Source: Candidatus Methylomirabilota bacterium
GTDB taxonomy: Bacteria > Methylomirabilota > Methylomirabilia > Rokubacteriales > CSP1-6
Assembly (NCBI GenBank): GCA_036005985.1
Contig: DASYQB010000115.1
Span: forward strand, 1-35,306
DNA length: 35,306 nucleotides
Direction: 5' to 3'
Part shown: positions 16,705 through 24,876 of the stretch, piece by piece
How positions within the stretch are numbered: the first letter of the stretch is position 1
Layout of the letters: every line of letters starts with the position of its first letter
The notes under the pieces: generated by a model
Seen by the model: only the letters and a program-made list of their open reading frames with translations
What the model was told of the DNA's origin: nothing
Databases searched by the model: none
Translations under genes and position numbers: made by a program

Positions 16705-18760
16705 GAGATGGCGAGGACGGGGCGGCGCTCTGGAGGCGCGTCAGCTCCTCCGCGGGAATGTGGCAGACGATCCGGTGGCCGCTCGAGATCTCCCGCGTGG
16801 GCGGCGGGGTGTCGTCACAGATCGCGCCGATCCGGCGGGGGCAGCGCCCACTGAACGGGCAGCCGCTCGGCATGTCCGTGGCGCTGGGGAGCGGGCCCTC
16901 GAGGATGATGCGGATGCCCTGGGCATCGGGGTCGGGCACGGGAACGGCCGACAGGAGCGCTTCCGTGTATGGATGGAACGGCGGCGCGAAGACATCGGCG
17001 ACGGAGCCGACCTCGACCACGGCGCCCAGATACATCACCGCGACGTGATCGGCGAGGTATCGCACGACGGACAGGTCATGAGAGATGAAGACCAGGGTCG
17101 CCTCGCGCGAGGCCTGGATCTCGTTCAGCAGGTTGATGATGGACGCCTGCACGGACACGTCGAGAGCCGACACGGGCTCGTCGGCCACGATCACGTCTGG
17201 ATTTCCGGCGAGCGCGCGCGCGATGGCCACCCGCTGCTTCTGGCCCCCGGACAACCGGTCGGGCTTGCGGTCGCCGAGGTCGGTGGGCAGCTTGACCACG
17301 CCGAGGAGCCGCGAGGCCTCCCTCGCCGCCTCGCCTTTCGGGGTCCGCCGCAGGCGCCGGAGTGCCCGCCCGATGGCATAGCCGGCGCTGTGGCTCGGAT
17401 TCAGCGTGCTGTCGGGGTTCTGGAATACCATCTGGATCGTCCGTCTGAGCTCGAGAGGTCGCGACTCGACACGCATCGAGGCGACCTCCCTCCCTCCGAT
17501 CTCGACGCGGCCGGCGCTCGCCGTCTCGAGACCGGCGAGGACCTTGGCCAGCGTCGACTTGCCGCAGCCCGACTCGCCGACAATGGCCAGCGTCTCACCC
17601 TTGCGGACGACGAGGTCGATGCCGTTGAGCGCGCGCACCGGTGCCCGCCCCGATCTGAAGAGTCCCGGCCGCGGGCGATACAGCTTCTCGAGGCCCTCGA
17701 CCCTGAGCACGATCGGGCCCGAGCGCCGGCCCCGCGCCGCATCCGCCACGGCCCGCCGTCGCTCCCATGGCGGAAGCTCGGCAGCACGGACGCATTGCGC
17801 CGCGTGACCGGGATCACCGGTCACCGGCAGGGCGGGAATCGCCTCGGACGTGCATCGGCCCGGCTCGACATGGACGCAGCGCGCCGCGAAGCCGCAGCCG
17901 GCCGGTCGCACGAGCGCGGAGGCGACCTGCCCGGGAATTGGCACGAGGGGCGTCTGCCGCTTGTCGCGGCCAAGGGTGGGGAGACAGTCCAGCAGCCCGC
18001 GCGTGTACGGGTGGCGCGGATTCGCGAACACCTGCCGGATCGATCCCGCCTCGACGAGCTCGCCCGCGTACATGACGCCGATCCGGTCGCAGACCCGCAC
18101 CACGGTGCCGAGGTTGTGGCTGATGAAGAGCACGGACGTGCCGTGGCGCCGGCGAAGCTCACGGACGAGGTCGAGCACGGCCGCCTCCACCGTGACGTCC
18201 AGGCCGGTGGTGGGCTCATCCATGATCAGGAGGGCGGGCTCGGCGATGAGGGCCATGGCGATCACGATGCGCTGCTGCTGGCCGCCCGAGAGCTGATGCG
18301 GGTAGCGCGCCAGCATGCTCTCGCCGTCGAGCAGCTTGACCTCCGCGAGCATGTCGAGGGCCCGGGCCCGAGCCGCCCGCTCGCCCAGGCCCTCGTGGAG
18401 CATCGGTACCTCCATGAGCTGGCGACCCACCGTCATTACCGGGTTGAGGCTTGCCATCGGATCCTGGTAGACCATGGCGACCCGGCGTCCCCGCATCTCC
18501 CGGAGCTCTGACGGGCTCAGACCGGCGACGTCGCGCCCCTCGAAGAGGATGCGCCCCCCCGTGATCCGGCCCGCCCGGCCGAGATAGCGGACGATGGCGA
18601 GGGCCACCGTGGACTTGCCGCAGCCGGATTCGCCGACCAGTCCCATCGCCTCTCCCGCACCGAGGGCGAAGCTCAGGCCGGGGATGACATTCACCTCTCC
18701 GGCGCGGGTGAAGTACGAGATGCGGGCGTGGTCCAGCTCGAGAATCGGCTCGTCAGTCAC
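16694..18760 (-). CDS. Dpp/Opp/Gsi-type ABC transporter ATP-binding protein with two fused ATPase domains (GsiA-like)
   Basis: Two complete ABC cassettes: GESGCGKST…LSGGQQQR…LIMDEPTTGLD and GESGCGKSTLAK…LSGGQKQR…IVADEPVSALD. Each is followed by an oligopeptide-type C-terminal region. Confidence 0.9.
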   Translation of the reverse strand: MTDEPILELDHARISYFTRAGEVNVIPGLSFALGAGEAMGLVGESGCGKSTVALAIVRYLGRAGRITGGRILFEGRDVAGLSPSELREMRGRRVAMVYQDPMASLNPVMTVGRQLMEVPMLHEGLGERAARARALDMLAEVKLLDGESMLARYPHQLSGGQQQRIVIAMALIAEPALLIMDEPTTGLDVTVEAAVLDLVRELRRRHGTSVLFISHNLGTVVRVCDRIGVMYAGELVEAGSIRQVFANPRHPYTRGLLDCLPTLGRDKRQTPLVPIPGQVASALVRPAGCGFAARCVHVEPGRCTSEAIPALPVTGDPGHAAQCVRAAELPPWERRRAVADAARGRRSGPIVLRVEGLEKLYRPRPGLFRSGRAPVRALNGIDLVVRKGETLAIVGESGCGKSTLAKVLAGLETASAGRVEIGGREVASMRVESRPLELRRTIQMVFQNPDSTLNPSHSAGYAIGRALRRLRRTPKGEAAREASRLLGVVKLPTDLGDRKPDRLSGGQKQRVAIARALAGNPDVIVADEPVSALDVSVQASIINLLNEIQASREATLVFISHDLSVVRYLADHVAVMYLGAVVEVGSVADVFAPPFHPYTEALLSAVPVPDPDAQGIRIILEGPLPSATDMPSGCPFSGRCPRRIGAICDDTPPPTREISSGHRIVCHIPAEELTRLQSAAPSSPSPTR

Positions 18761-19649
18761 GGAGCCCGATCTCGCGAAGACCCACGGCGAGGAGATTGAA
18801 GCCGATCACGAGGGAGGAGATCGCCGCGCAGGGGAAGAGCGCCATGTGCGGCCACACCGACATCATGCCGTAGGTGTCCTTGACCATGCCGCCCCAGTCG
18901 GGATCAGGGGGGGGCAGGCCGATGCCGAGGAAGCCGAGGGCGCCGATGATGACGACGTTGTATCCGGTGCGCAGGCACATGTCCACGATCAGGGGGCCCC
19001 GCGCGTTGGGCAGGATCTCCGCCAGCATGATGTAGAGCGGCGACTCGCCGCGCATCTTCGCCGCCGCCACGTACTCCCGCTCGCGCAGCTCGATGGTGAG
19101 GCCACGCACGATGCGCGCGATGATGGGGGCCTTGGTCAGGGTGAGCACGGCGATGATGTTGAAGGCCGACGAGCCGAAGTGGGCGAGGATGATCATGTAG
19201 AGAATGATCACGGGGAAGGACAGCACGATGTCGCACGCGCGCGCGATCACGAGATCGATCCAGCCGCGGTAGTAGCCGGCGGCGAGCCCGAGGAGTGAGC
19301 CCAGGAAGGCCGCCCCCAGCACGGCGAGGGGAGCCACCGTCAGCACGGTCCGCGCTCCCCACAGGATGCGGGAGAGCAGGTCGCGTCCGAGGTGATCGGT
19401 GCCGAGCCAGTGCGCGGCTGACGGCGTCGGGTGCGCCACAGCGGCCATGCTGGTGGCATTGGGCGGATAGGGAGCGATCAGGGGCGCCAGCACCGCCGCG
19501 AGCACCCACGCGAGGACAATGCCCGCCCCGATCAGCGCCGGCTTCGATTCCGCCACGAGGCCGAGCCGGCGCGCCCACGCCCGCGCGAATCCCAGGGGCA
19601 CGCGCTCCGGAACCGCGGGAAGGCTTTCGGCCGTGGCGGGAATAGTCAT
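18753..19649 (-). CDS. Dpp/Opp-type ABC transporter permease (DppC-like)
   Basis: 298 aa, multi-TM, with DppC/OppC-like sequence. Its stop overlaps the ATPase start by 8 nt. Confidence 0.85.
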   Translation of the reverse strand: MTIPATAESLPAVPERVPLGFARAWARRLGLVAESKPALIGAGIVLAWVLAAVLAPLIAPYPPNATSMAAVAHPTPSAAHWLGTDHLGRDLLSRILWGARTVLTVAPLAVLGAAFLGSLLGLAAGYYRGWIDLVIARACDIVLSFPVIILYMIILAHFGSSAFNIIAVLTLTKAPIIARIVRGLTIELREREYVAAAKMRGESPLYIMLAEILPNARGPLIVDMCLRTGYNVVIIGALGFLGIGLPPPDPDWGGMVKDTYGMMSVWPHMALFPCAAISSLVIGFNLLAVGLREIGLRD

Positions 19650-19656
19650 CCGGGCT

Positions 19657-20664
19657 TCAGGTCCGTATGCGCGGGTCGAGCAGCATGTACGCGAGATCGC
19701 CCGCGATCTGGGTCAGCACGGCCACGCCGACCGCGACGAGGGCGCCCACCTCCACGAGAGCGATGTCCTTGAAGAGCGCCGCCTCGAGCATCATCCGGCC
19801 GAAGCCCGGGTACGCGAACACCGTCTCCACCACCACCACGCCGGAGATCAGGTAGTTGATCTGGAGCAGGATGACGGTGATGGGGTTGATCATCGCGTTC
19901 CGGAGGGCATGGCGGACCACCACCCGGCGAAAGGCCATGCCTTTCAGGATCGCCGTGCGGATGTAGGGCCGCTGCATCACCTCGATCATCGACGCGCGGA
20001 TCATGCTGACGACATAGCCGGCGTCGAAGAGCACGATGACCGCCACGGGAAGGATGAGCTGTGAGCCGACCGACCAACCGCCTCCCGCCACCATCGTCGC
20101 GGTGCCCGGGAGCCAGCCGAGGGCGACCACGAAGACGCTGGCGAGAAAGACGCCGAGGGCGAACTCGGGCACCGAGGCGACCACCGTGCTGAACAAGAGA
20201 ATCGCGCGGTCGAGCGCGGAGGACTCACGCATGCCGGCGACGATGCCGAGGAGCATCGACAGCGGCACGATGCAGGCGAAGGCGAGCGCGGCGAGAAAGG
20301 CGGTATTGCCCAGGCGGCCCCAGATGATGTCCTTGACGGGCACTTTGAAGCGGGTCGACGTGCCCAAATCGCCCCGGGTCAGCTTGCCGAGGAACTCCAC
20401 GTAGCGCACGAGGACCGGTCGATCGAGTCCCAGGTCGCGCGTGAGGATGTCCACCTGCTCCTGGGTCGCGTAGGCGCCGAGGACCTTCCGGGCGACGTCG
20501 CCGGGGGAAAACTCGTTGAGGGTGAAGACGAGGAAGGACACCACGAGGAGCGTGAGGAGCAGGAAGGCCACGTGCTTGAGGGCGAATCGCGCCACGGTGA
20601 GCGCCACCCTACCGCTGTCCGCGGGCAGCGTCAACGGCCGGCCTCCGCGCGTGAGCTCTGGCAC
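19657..20664 (-). CDS. Dpp/Opp-type ABC transporter permease (DppB-like); start uncertain
   Basis: Multi-TM and DppB-like (…LLTLLVVSFLVFTLNEFSPGDVARKVLG…). Possible starts are GTG 20664, TTG 20634 (GGAGG 7 nt upstream) and GTG 20607. Confidence 0.8.
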   Translation of the reverse strand: MPELTRGGRPLTLPADSGRVALTVARFALKHVAFLLLTLLVVSFLVFTLNEFSPGDVARKVLGAYATQEQVDILTRDLGLDRPVLVRYVEFLGKLTRGDLGTSTRFKVPVKDIIWGRLGNTAFLAALAFACIVPLSMLLGIVAGMRESSALDRAILLFSTVVASVPEFALGVFLASVFVVALGWLPGTATMVAGGGWSVGSQLILPVAVIVLFDAGYVVSMIRASMIEVMQRPYIRTAILKGMAFRRVVVRHALRNAMINPITVILLQINYLISGVVVVETVFAYPGFGRMMLEAALFKDIALVEVGALVAVGVAVLTQIAGDLAYMLLDPRIRT

Positions 20665-20710
20665 CGCTCTCGGGCGGGCCGACCAGGCACCGTGTAAGGA
20701 CAGATTTCGA

Positions 20711-20740
20711 TTGCTCTTCGTCGGCGCAGGCGCCTACATT
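20711..20740 (+). promoter_or_regulatory. Candidate sigma70-type promoter for the 20801 gene, in a divergent, locally lower-GC intergenic region
   Basis: TTGCTC (20711-20716), an 18-nt spacer, then TACATT (20735-20740). A strong AGGAGG at 20789-20794 lies 6 nt before the ATG at 20801. Confidence 0.3.
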
Positions 20741-20800
20741 GGGGCTCGTTTCCACCGCCACTTTTGCCGCCGGTAGTCGAACCGGCACAGGAGGCAGGGC

Positions 20801-21715
20801 ATGGAGACACCCATCCTCGATCGGCCCATCCCGGAATCGTCCACTCCCTGGCCCCTCAGCGCACCCGAGTCGTATGTGCTGTTGCACGGCCCGCGAGCAA
20901 AAAGCGTCGAGGCCTTCAAGCGGGGGCTCCTCGAGCTCGTCGCCCGTGATGTGCTCACCGTGGAGACGCGGGAGCGACGGGGCTTCTTCCGTTTCTTCAC
21001 GGCCCGGACCACCTTTCTTCTCAGGGGCCCGAAGATGCCGTGGGTACACTCGGCCGCGCAGCCTCTGCGCAGCATCTGGGAAATTTACAGTAGGACCTGC
21101 ATCAGCGTCTCGCCGGCTGAGCCACGGGGCGTGCGAGTTCGCGATCTCCGGCGATCCGCGCGTGTGCTCGGCACTCCTCTCAGAGACTTTACCTACTGGT
21201 CCGTCCTGCCCGCTTTGATGGAGCGTGGACTCTACGAACGCGACGACTATGCGGCGCCGCGGACCTCTCGAAGGTCGAGATACACGGAGACCACGGCCGG
21301 GAGAGCCGCGCGGATCAGGCTCGAGTCGTTGCTGGAGAGCGCTGATCGTGAATTCAGCCCGGCCGCGCGGAGGGATCCGGGCGAGGCCCTGGCCATAGCC
21401 GGCGGGCTCGGATCGGCCATCCTCCTCATGGACCCTCTGCTGTCCGAGATAGCATGGCTCGGCCAGCGGATTCGTGACGGTGTCGGAAACATCGCCATGG
21501 CCGGCCGCTTCGAGCTGAACACGTCGAGCATCGATCTCGACGTCATCGATCTGGGCTGGCCGGGCAAGCTCGATGGAGTATTCGATGCCGTTGGCGATAT
21601 GGGGAGTGGTGATCGTGGCGGTGGGGACTGGGGCTGGAGTGACGGCGACGGTGGCAGCGGCTGGAGTGATGGCGACGGTGGGGGCGGCTGGGGTGACGGC
21701 GGAGGCGGCGACTGA
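20801..21715 (+). CDS. Hypothetical protein with C-terminal Gly/Asp/Trp repeat tail
   Basis: It has a strong SD but no domain I recognise. There is one hydrophobic stretch (ALAIAGGLGSAILLM), and the tail is GDWGWSDGDGGSGWSDGDGGGGWGDGGGGD. Codon usage is atypical (AGT, AGG, AGA, TTT, ATT) compared with its neighbours. Confidence 0.6.
   Translation: METPILDRPIPESSTPWPLSAPESYVLLHGPRAKSVEAFKRGLLELVARDVLTVETRERRGFFRFFTARTTFLLRGPKMPWVHSAAQPLRSIWEIYSRTCISVSPAEPRGVRVRDLRRSARVLGTPLRDFTYWSVLPALMERGLYERDDYAAPRTSRRSRYTETTAGRAARIRLESLLESADREFSPAARRDPGEALAIAGGLGSAILLMDPLLSEIAWLGQRIRDGVGNIAMAGRFELNTSSIDLDVIDLGWPGKLDGVFDAVGDMGSGDRGGGDWGWSDGDGGSGWSDGDGGGGWGDGGGGD
21632..21712 (+). repeat. Three in-frame tandem 27-bp units encoding GW(S/G)DG(D/G)GG(S/G/D)
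   Basis: Units at 21632-21658, 21659-21685 and 21686-21712, read directly. They end at the TGA at 21713. Confidence 0.8.
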
Positions 21716-21834
21716 GTCGGTACAGCCCCCGCACGGACTCCACCAGGTCCGAATACGAAAAGCGTGTCAATCGCGTCATCGACCACATCCGCGAGCGGCT
21801 GGACGAGCCGCTGACCCTCGCCGGGCTGGCCCGG

Positions 21835-22665
21835 GTGGCGGCCTTTTCGCCGTTCCATTTTCACCGGGTCTTCCTCGCGCTCACCGGCGAGACGCTCTTC
21901 GCCTATATCCAGCGCCAGCGGATCGAGAAGGCCGCGGGCGTCCTCGCCGCGGGTGGGGAAACCAGCGTCCTCGAGGTGGCGCTCGATCATGGCTTCGCCT
22001 CCGCCGCCACCTTCGCCCGAGCCTTCCGCGTCCGCTTCGGCATGACCGCGAGCGAATGGCGGCGCGGTGGGGCGGCGCGCTGGCGCGAGCGGCACCTGCG
22101 CAAGATGGGCAAAGAGTTTCGCAAGACGGGCAAAGCATCCGGCCGGCGCCGGCCCGATACTCCTCCCACCCACGCCCGGGAGGCCGCCATGAGCGTCGTC
22201 GTCAGGGAGCTTGCCACGCAGCACGTGGCGTACATGCGCTACGTCGGGCCTTACGGAGCGCAGGGCATTCCGGAGCTCTGGACACGCCTCCGTCGGTGGA
22301 TGGAAACCCGCGGCCTCGAGGTCGCCTCCACCGTCCGGCTCGGCGTCGCCTACGATGACGCCGGAGTGACCGAGCCCGCGAAGTGCTCCTATGACGCCTG
22401 TGTCGTGGTGCCACCCGCCTTTGCCGTCGATCGCTGGGTGAATCTCATGGACGTCCCCGGCGGGAGATACGCGGTGACCGGCTTCCACGGCCCGGCTCAC
22501 CAGATCGAGAGCGCGTGGCACGAGGTCTTCGCGGATTGGTTACCCGGGAGCGGGTATCAGCCCGATGATCGCGCCTGCTTCGAGACCTATCGTGGGGCGC
22601 CACCCTCGGGCTCGAAGACCGGGACCTTTCGCTGCGATCTCTGCCTTCCGGTGCGCCCGCTGTGA
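21835..22665 (+). CDS. AraC-family transcriptional regulator with C-terminal GyrI-like effector domain; the true start is probably upstream of the listed GTG
   Basis: AraC HTH (FSPFHFHRVF…TFARAFRVRFGMTASEWRR) and a GyrI-like C-terminus are present. Family-conserved N-terminal sequence (EYEKRVNRVIDHIRERLDEPLTLAGLA) is encoded in frame upstream of 21835, but no ATG/GTG/TTG occurs there. Confidence 0.75.
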   Translation: MAAFSPFHFHRVFLALTGETLFAYIQRQRIEKAAGVLAAGGETSVLEVALDHGFASAATFARAFRVRFGMTASEWRRGGAARWRERHLRKMGKEFRKTGKASGRRRPDTPPTHAREAAMSVVVRELATQHVAYMRYVGPYGAQGIPELWTRLRRWMETRGLEVASTVRLGVAYDDAGVTEPAKCSYDACVVVPPAFAVDRWVNLMDVPGGRYAVTGFHGPAHQIESAWHEVFADWLPGSGYQPDDRACFETYRGAPPSGSKTGTFRCDLCLPVRPL

Positions 22666-23144
22666 GCGCGCGCGCCGTGGACTGGAAGGCCTTTTCCGTA
22701 GGGGAGCCCGAGCTGGCCGAAACCGGTCGCTCGCTTCTCGAGCAGTTCGGGCCGGGACTGGCCTTTCTCGCCACCGTCCGGGCCGACGGGGCGCCGCGCC
22801 TCCATCCTGTCTGCCCCGTGCTCTCCGGCGGCGGACTGTTCGTCCTCATCACCGCAGCGTCCCCGAAGCGCCGGGATCTCGAGCGCGACGGCCGGTATGC
22901 GCTCCAGACCTTTCCCCAGCCCAAGCCGGGCAGTGACGAGTTCTACATCGCGGGCACCGCTACCCTCGTGGAGGATGCAGCGACCCGGACGAGGATCTTT
23001 GCCGATGCGAAGCACCGCCCGGAGCCGTCGGAGATCGCCTTCGAGCTCTCACTCGAACGGGTCATGCACACGCGCTGGGAGCACCCACTCACTCCCCAGA
23101 TGCGGCCGGTGCATCGGACGTGGCGCGCTTCCGATTCAGGCTGA
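22662..23144 (+). CDS. Pyridoxamine 5'-phosphate oxidase-fold (FMN/F420-binding split-barrel) family protein
   Basis: The GTG start overlaps the regulator stop (GTGA). The 160-aa size and pattern (…AFLATVRADGAPRLHPV…LFVLI…S.KRRDLERDGRYAL…) are typical of the family. Confidence 0.65.
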   Translation: MSARAVDWKAFSVGEPELAETGRSLLEQFGPGLAFLATVRADGAPRLHPVCPVLSGGGLFVLITAASPKRRDLERDGRYALQTFPQPKPGSDEFYIAGTATLVEDAATRTRIFADAKHRPEPSEIAFELSLERVMHTRWEHPLTPQMRPVHRTWRASDSG

Positions 23145-23192
23145 CCCACCGGCCATCGGAGCCACGTGCCACTACGTGCCCAAGGACTGGTG

Positions 23193-24293
23193 TCAGGCGA
23201 AGCGCGAGCTGGACCCCGATCGATCCGCGGCCGCCGATTTCCCCCACGGGGCGCCATGCATCCCGTTCTCGCCCTCGAACACGCCCGCACGAGACAGGGG
23301 CGGGCCGGTCCCGGGGGTTCCCGAAGAGTCCGCGCCACGACCGCTCGGGCGATCGGTGATCGATCGGTCAGGGTCGCCCGACCGCCGGAGGAGGGCGAAG
23401 GTCCACACCAGCCACACGTAGGGCGCGGACAGCGCATGAACCCCTACCGCTCCCGCGAGTCGCAATGCCGCCGCCTCCAGGAAGGGAATGGTCACGATGG
23501 TGATGGCCACGGCGGCCACTCCGATGCCCGCGAAGCGCCGCAATGCCGCGGCCGCGATGAGGGCGGCGGTGAAGCCCGCGAGCCCCGTCTCCACCTGCCA
23601 CGCGGGGGTGCCGGCAAGATAGCCCATGCCCACGGCCGCGATGGATGCTCCCACCATGGCCACGCCGAGACGGCGATCGGCAATCGACGCGGCGATAGCC
23701 AGGCCCACTCCCACCGCCGCGTTCGGGAGAAAGAAGATCTGCCCTACCCCCCGGAGGCCGCCCAGAAGAATGACGAGGAGCGGAGAGGCGGGCGCGGGGG
23801 GGACGGTGGGAAGCACGGCAACCTTGTTCCACGCGAAGGTGGTGAGCGCGCTCCAGAGGAGCCAGAAAGCCGGCACGTAGGGACCGATGACGAGCGGAAT
23901 CTCCCAGGCCGCGAGCAGGCGGTACATCACGATCGAGAGACCACTCACGAGCACGCCGCCAAGAACGAGGGAGACGGCGAGGCTCGGGCCCACGGCAAAA
24001 AAGGTCGCGCAGGCCAGGCCGAGAAACCAGCCGTTCAGCTCGACGAGCCCGGTGTCGAGGAAGGTGGATGACACGCCCCCGCACTCGGCGGTGACCCGGG
24101 CGATCACGCTCGCGATCATGCCCGCCACCGCGAGATGGGGAGCGGCCACGGCCAGCACGACGACGGCGGCCAGCCCCACCCACGCGTCGTATACGAAGAA
24201 TGTCTGGCCGATCGCGGCGAGATGTCGTATGACGACTCGCCGCGCCCGGCTCAGGAAGTCATCCAACCAGCGCGGTGGCCGTCCACTGGCCAT
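23193..24293 (-). CDS. Urea transporter (UT/SLC14) family-like integral membrane protein
   Basis: Two homologous halves each carry the UT-type motifs: AAIGQTFF…GLVELNGWFLGLACATFF and LRGVGQIFFLPNA…GLAGFTAALIAAAAL. A non-membrane tail of about 70 aa follows. Confidence 0.55.
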   Translation of the reverse strand: MASGRPPRWLDDFLSRARRVVIRHLAAIGQTFFVYDAWVGLAAVVVLAVAAPHLAVAGMIASVIARVTAECGGVSSTFLDTGLVELNGWFLGLACATFFAVGPSLAVSLVLGGVLVSGLSIVMYRLLAAWEIPLVIGPYVPAFWLLWSALTTFAWNKVAVLPTVPPAPASPLLVILLGGLRGVGQIFFLPNAAVGVGLAIAASIADRRLGVAMVGASIAAVGMGYLAGTPAWQVETGLAGFTAALIAAAALRRFAGIGVAAVAITIVTIPFLEAAALRLAGAVGVHALSAPYVWLVWTFALLRRSGDPDRSITDRPSGRGADSSGTPGTGPPLSRAGVFEGENGMHGAPWGKSAAADRSGSSSRFA

Positions 24294-24876
24294 TGACGAG
24301 CTCGTGGTCGCCCCACTTGAGGGGCACGGGGATCTCGGCGCGAATCGCGAGATGGCCGTGGTGACCGCTCTGCGTCCCCGGCTCGAGCCAGAATCCCTCG
24401 GTGGGATCGTAGATGCGCGCCTGGTCGGCCTCGGTGCGCACCACGCTCACCTCGTGATAGACCACGCGCGTGCCAATCCAGTTGAAGGCGGTGGGGATGG
24501 CGTCCCACTTCCGGCGCCAGTGGCTGATTCTCTCCTCCGCGCACCCGCGCAGGAGCTGTCCCGGATACGCCTCGATACCCTTGGCGCGGAACAGCTCGAG
24601 GGCGAAGGCGCCGAAGACGCCGCAGTCGATCGTCTCCGCCTTGACCGCCTCGCACCACGCTACTGGCCAGCGGATCGGTCCCCACGCCCATCGCTGGGTG
24701 ATCCAGCGTGGCCCGGCGAGAGCGAGACCGTCCGTGGAGGAGAAATCGTAGGAGCGCCCCATGGCGATCAGCCAGGCGCGCGCGCGGTCGCAGCAGGGGC
24801 CGTGGTGGGTCAGCGTCGACCCTACCGCCTGCTTCCACTCGTCGCGCTCAGGAGTATCCGCCACGCCCGAACGCAT
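24259..24876 (-). CDS. Transglutaminase-like (papain-fold Cys-His-Asp) superfamily protein
   Basis: Candidate triad: Cys85 (IDCGVFGAFALELFRAKGIEA), His141 (VVYHEVSVV) and Asp157 (RIYDPTEG), with core-like spacing. The ATG at 24876 lies 8 nt after an AAGGAG embedded in the upstream gene. Confidence 0.6.
   Translation of the reverse strand: MRSGVADTPERDEWKQAVGSTLTHHGPCCDRARAWLIAMGRSYDFSSTDGLALAGPRWITQRWAWGPIRWPVAWCEAVKAETIDCGVFGAFALELFRAKGIEAYPGQLLRGCAEERISHWRRKWDAIPTAFNWIGTRVVYHEVSVVRTEADQARIYDPTEGFWLEPGTQSGHHGHLAIRAEIPVPLKWGDHELVNGQWTATALVG

Noticed and set aside
21632-21712. The 27-bp tandem repeat as a non-coding minisatellite or assembly artefact.
   Set aside because: The unit length is a multiple of three, the repeat is in frame with the upstream ORF, and it runs exactly to the stop codon. 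The units have diverged by point substitutions and are not identical.
20665-23192. A mobile or defence island around the atypical-composition gene.
   Set aside because: I saw no integrase, transposase, tRNA target, flanking direct repeats or recognisable defence domains. Only one gene shows deviant codon usage.
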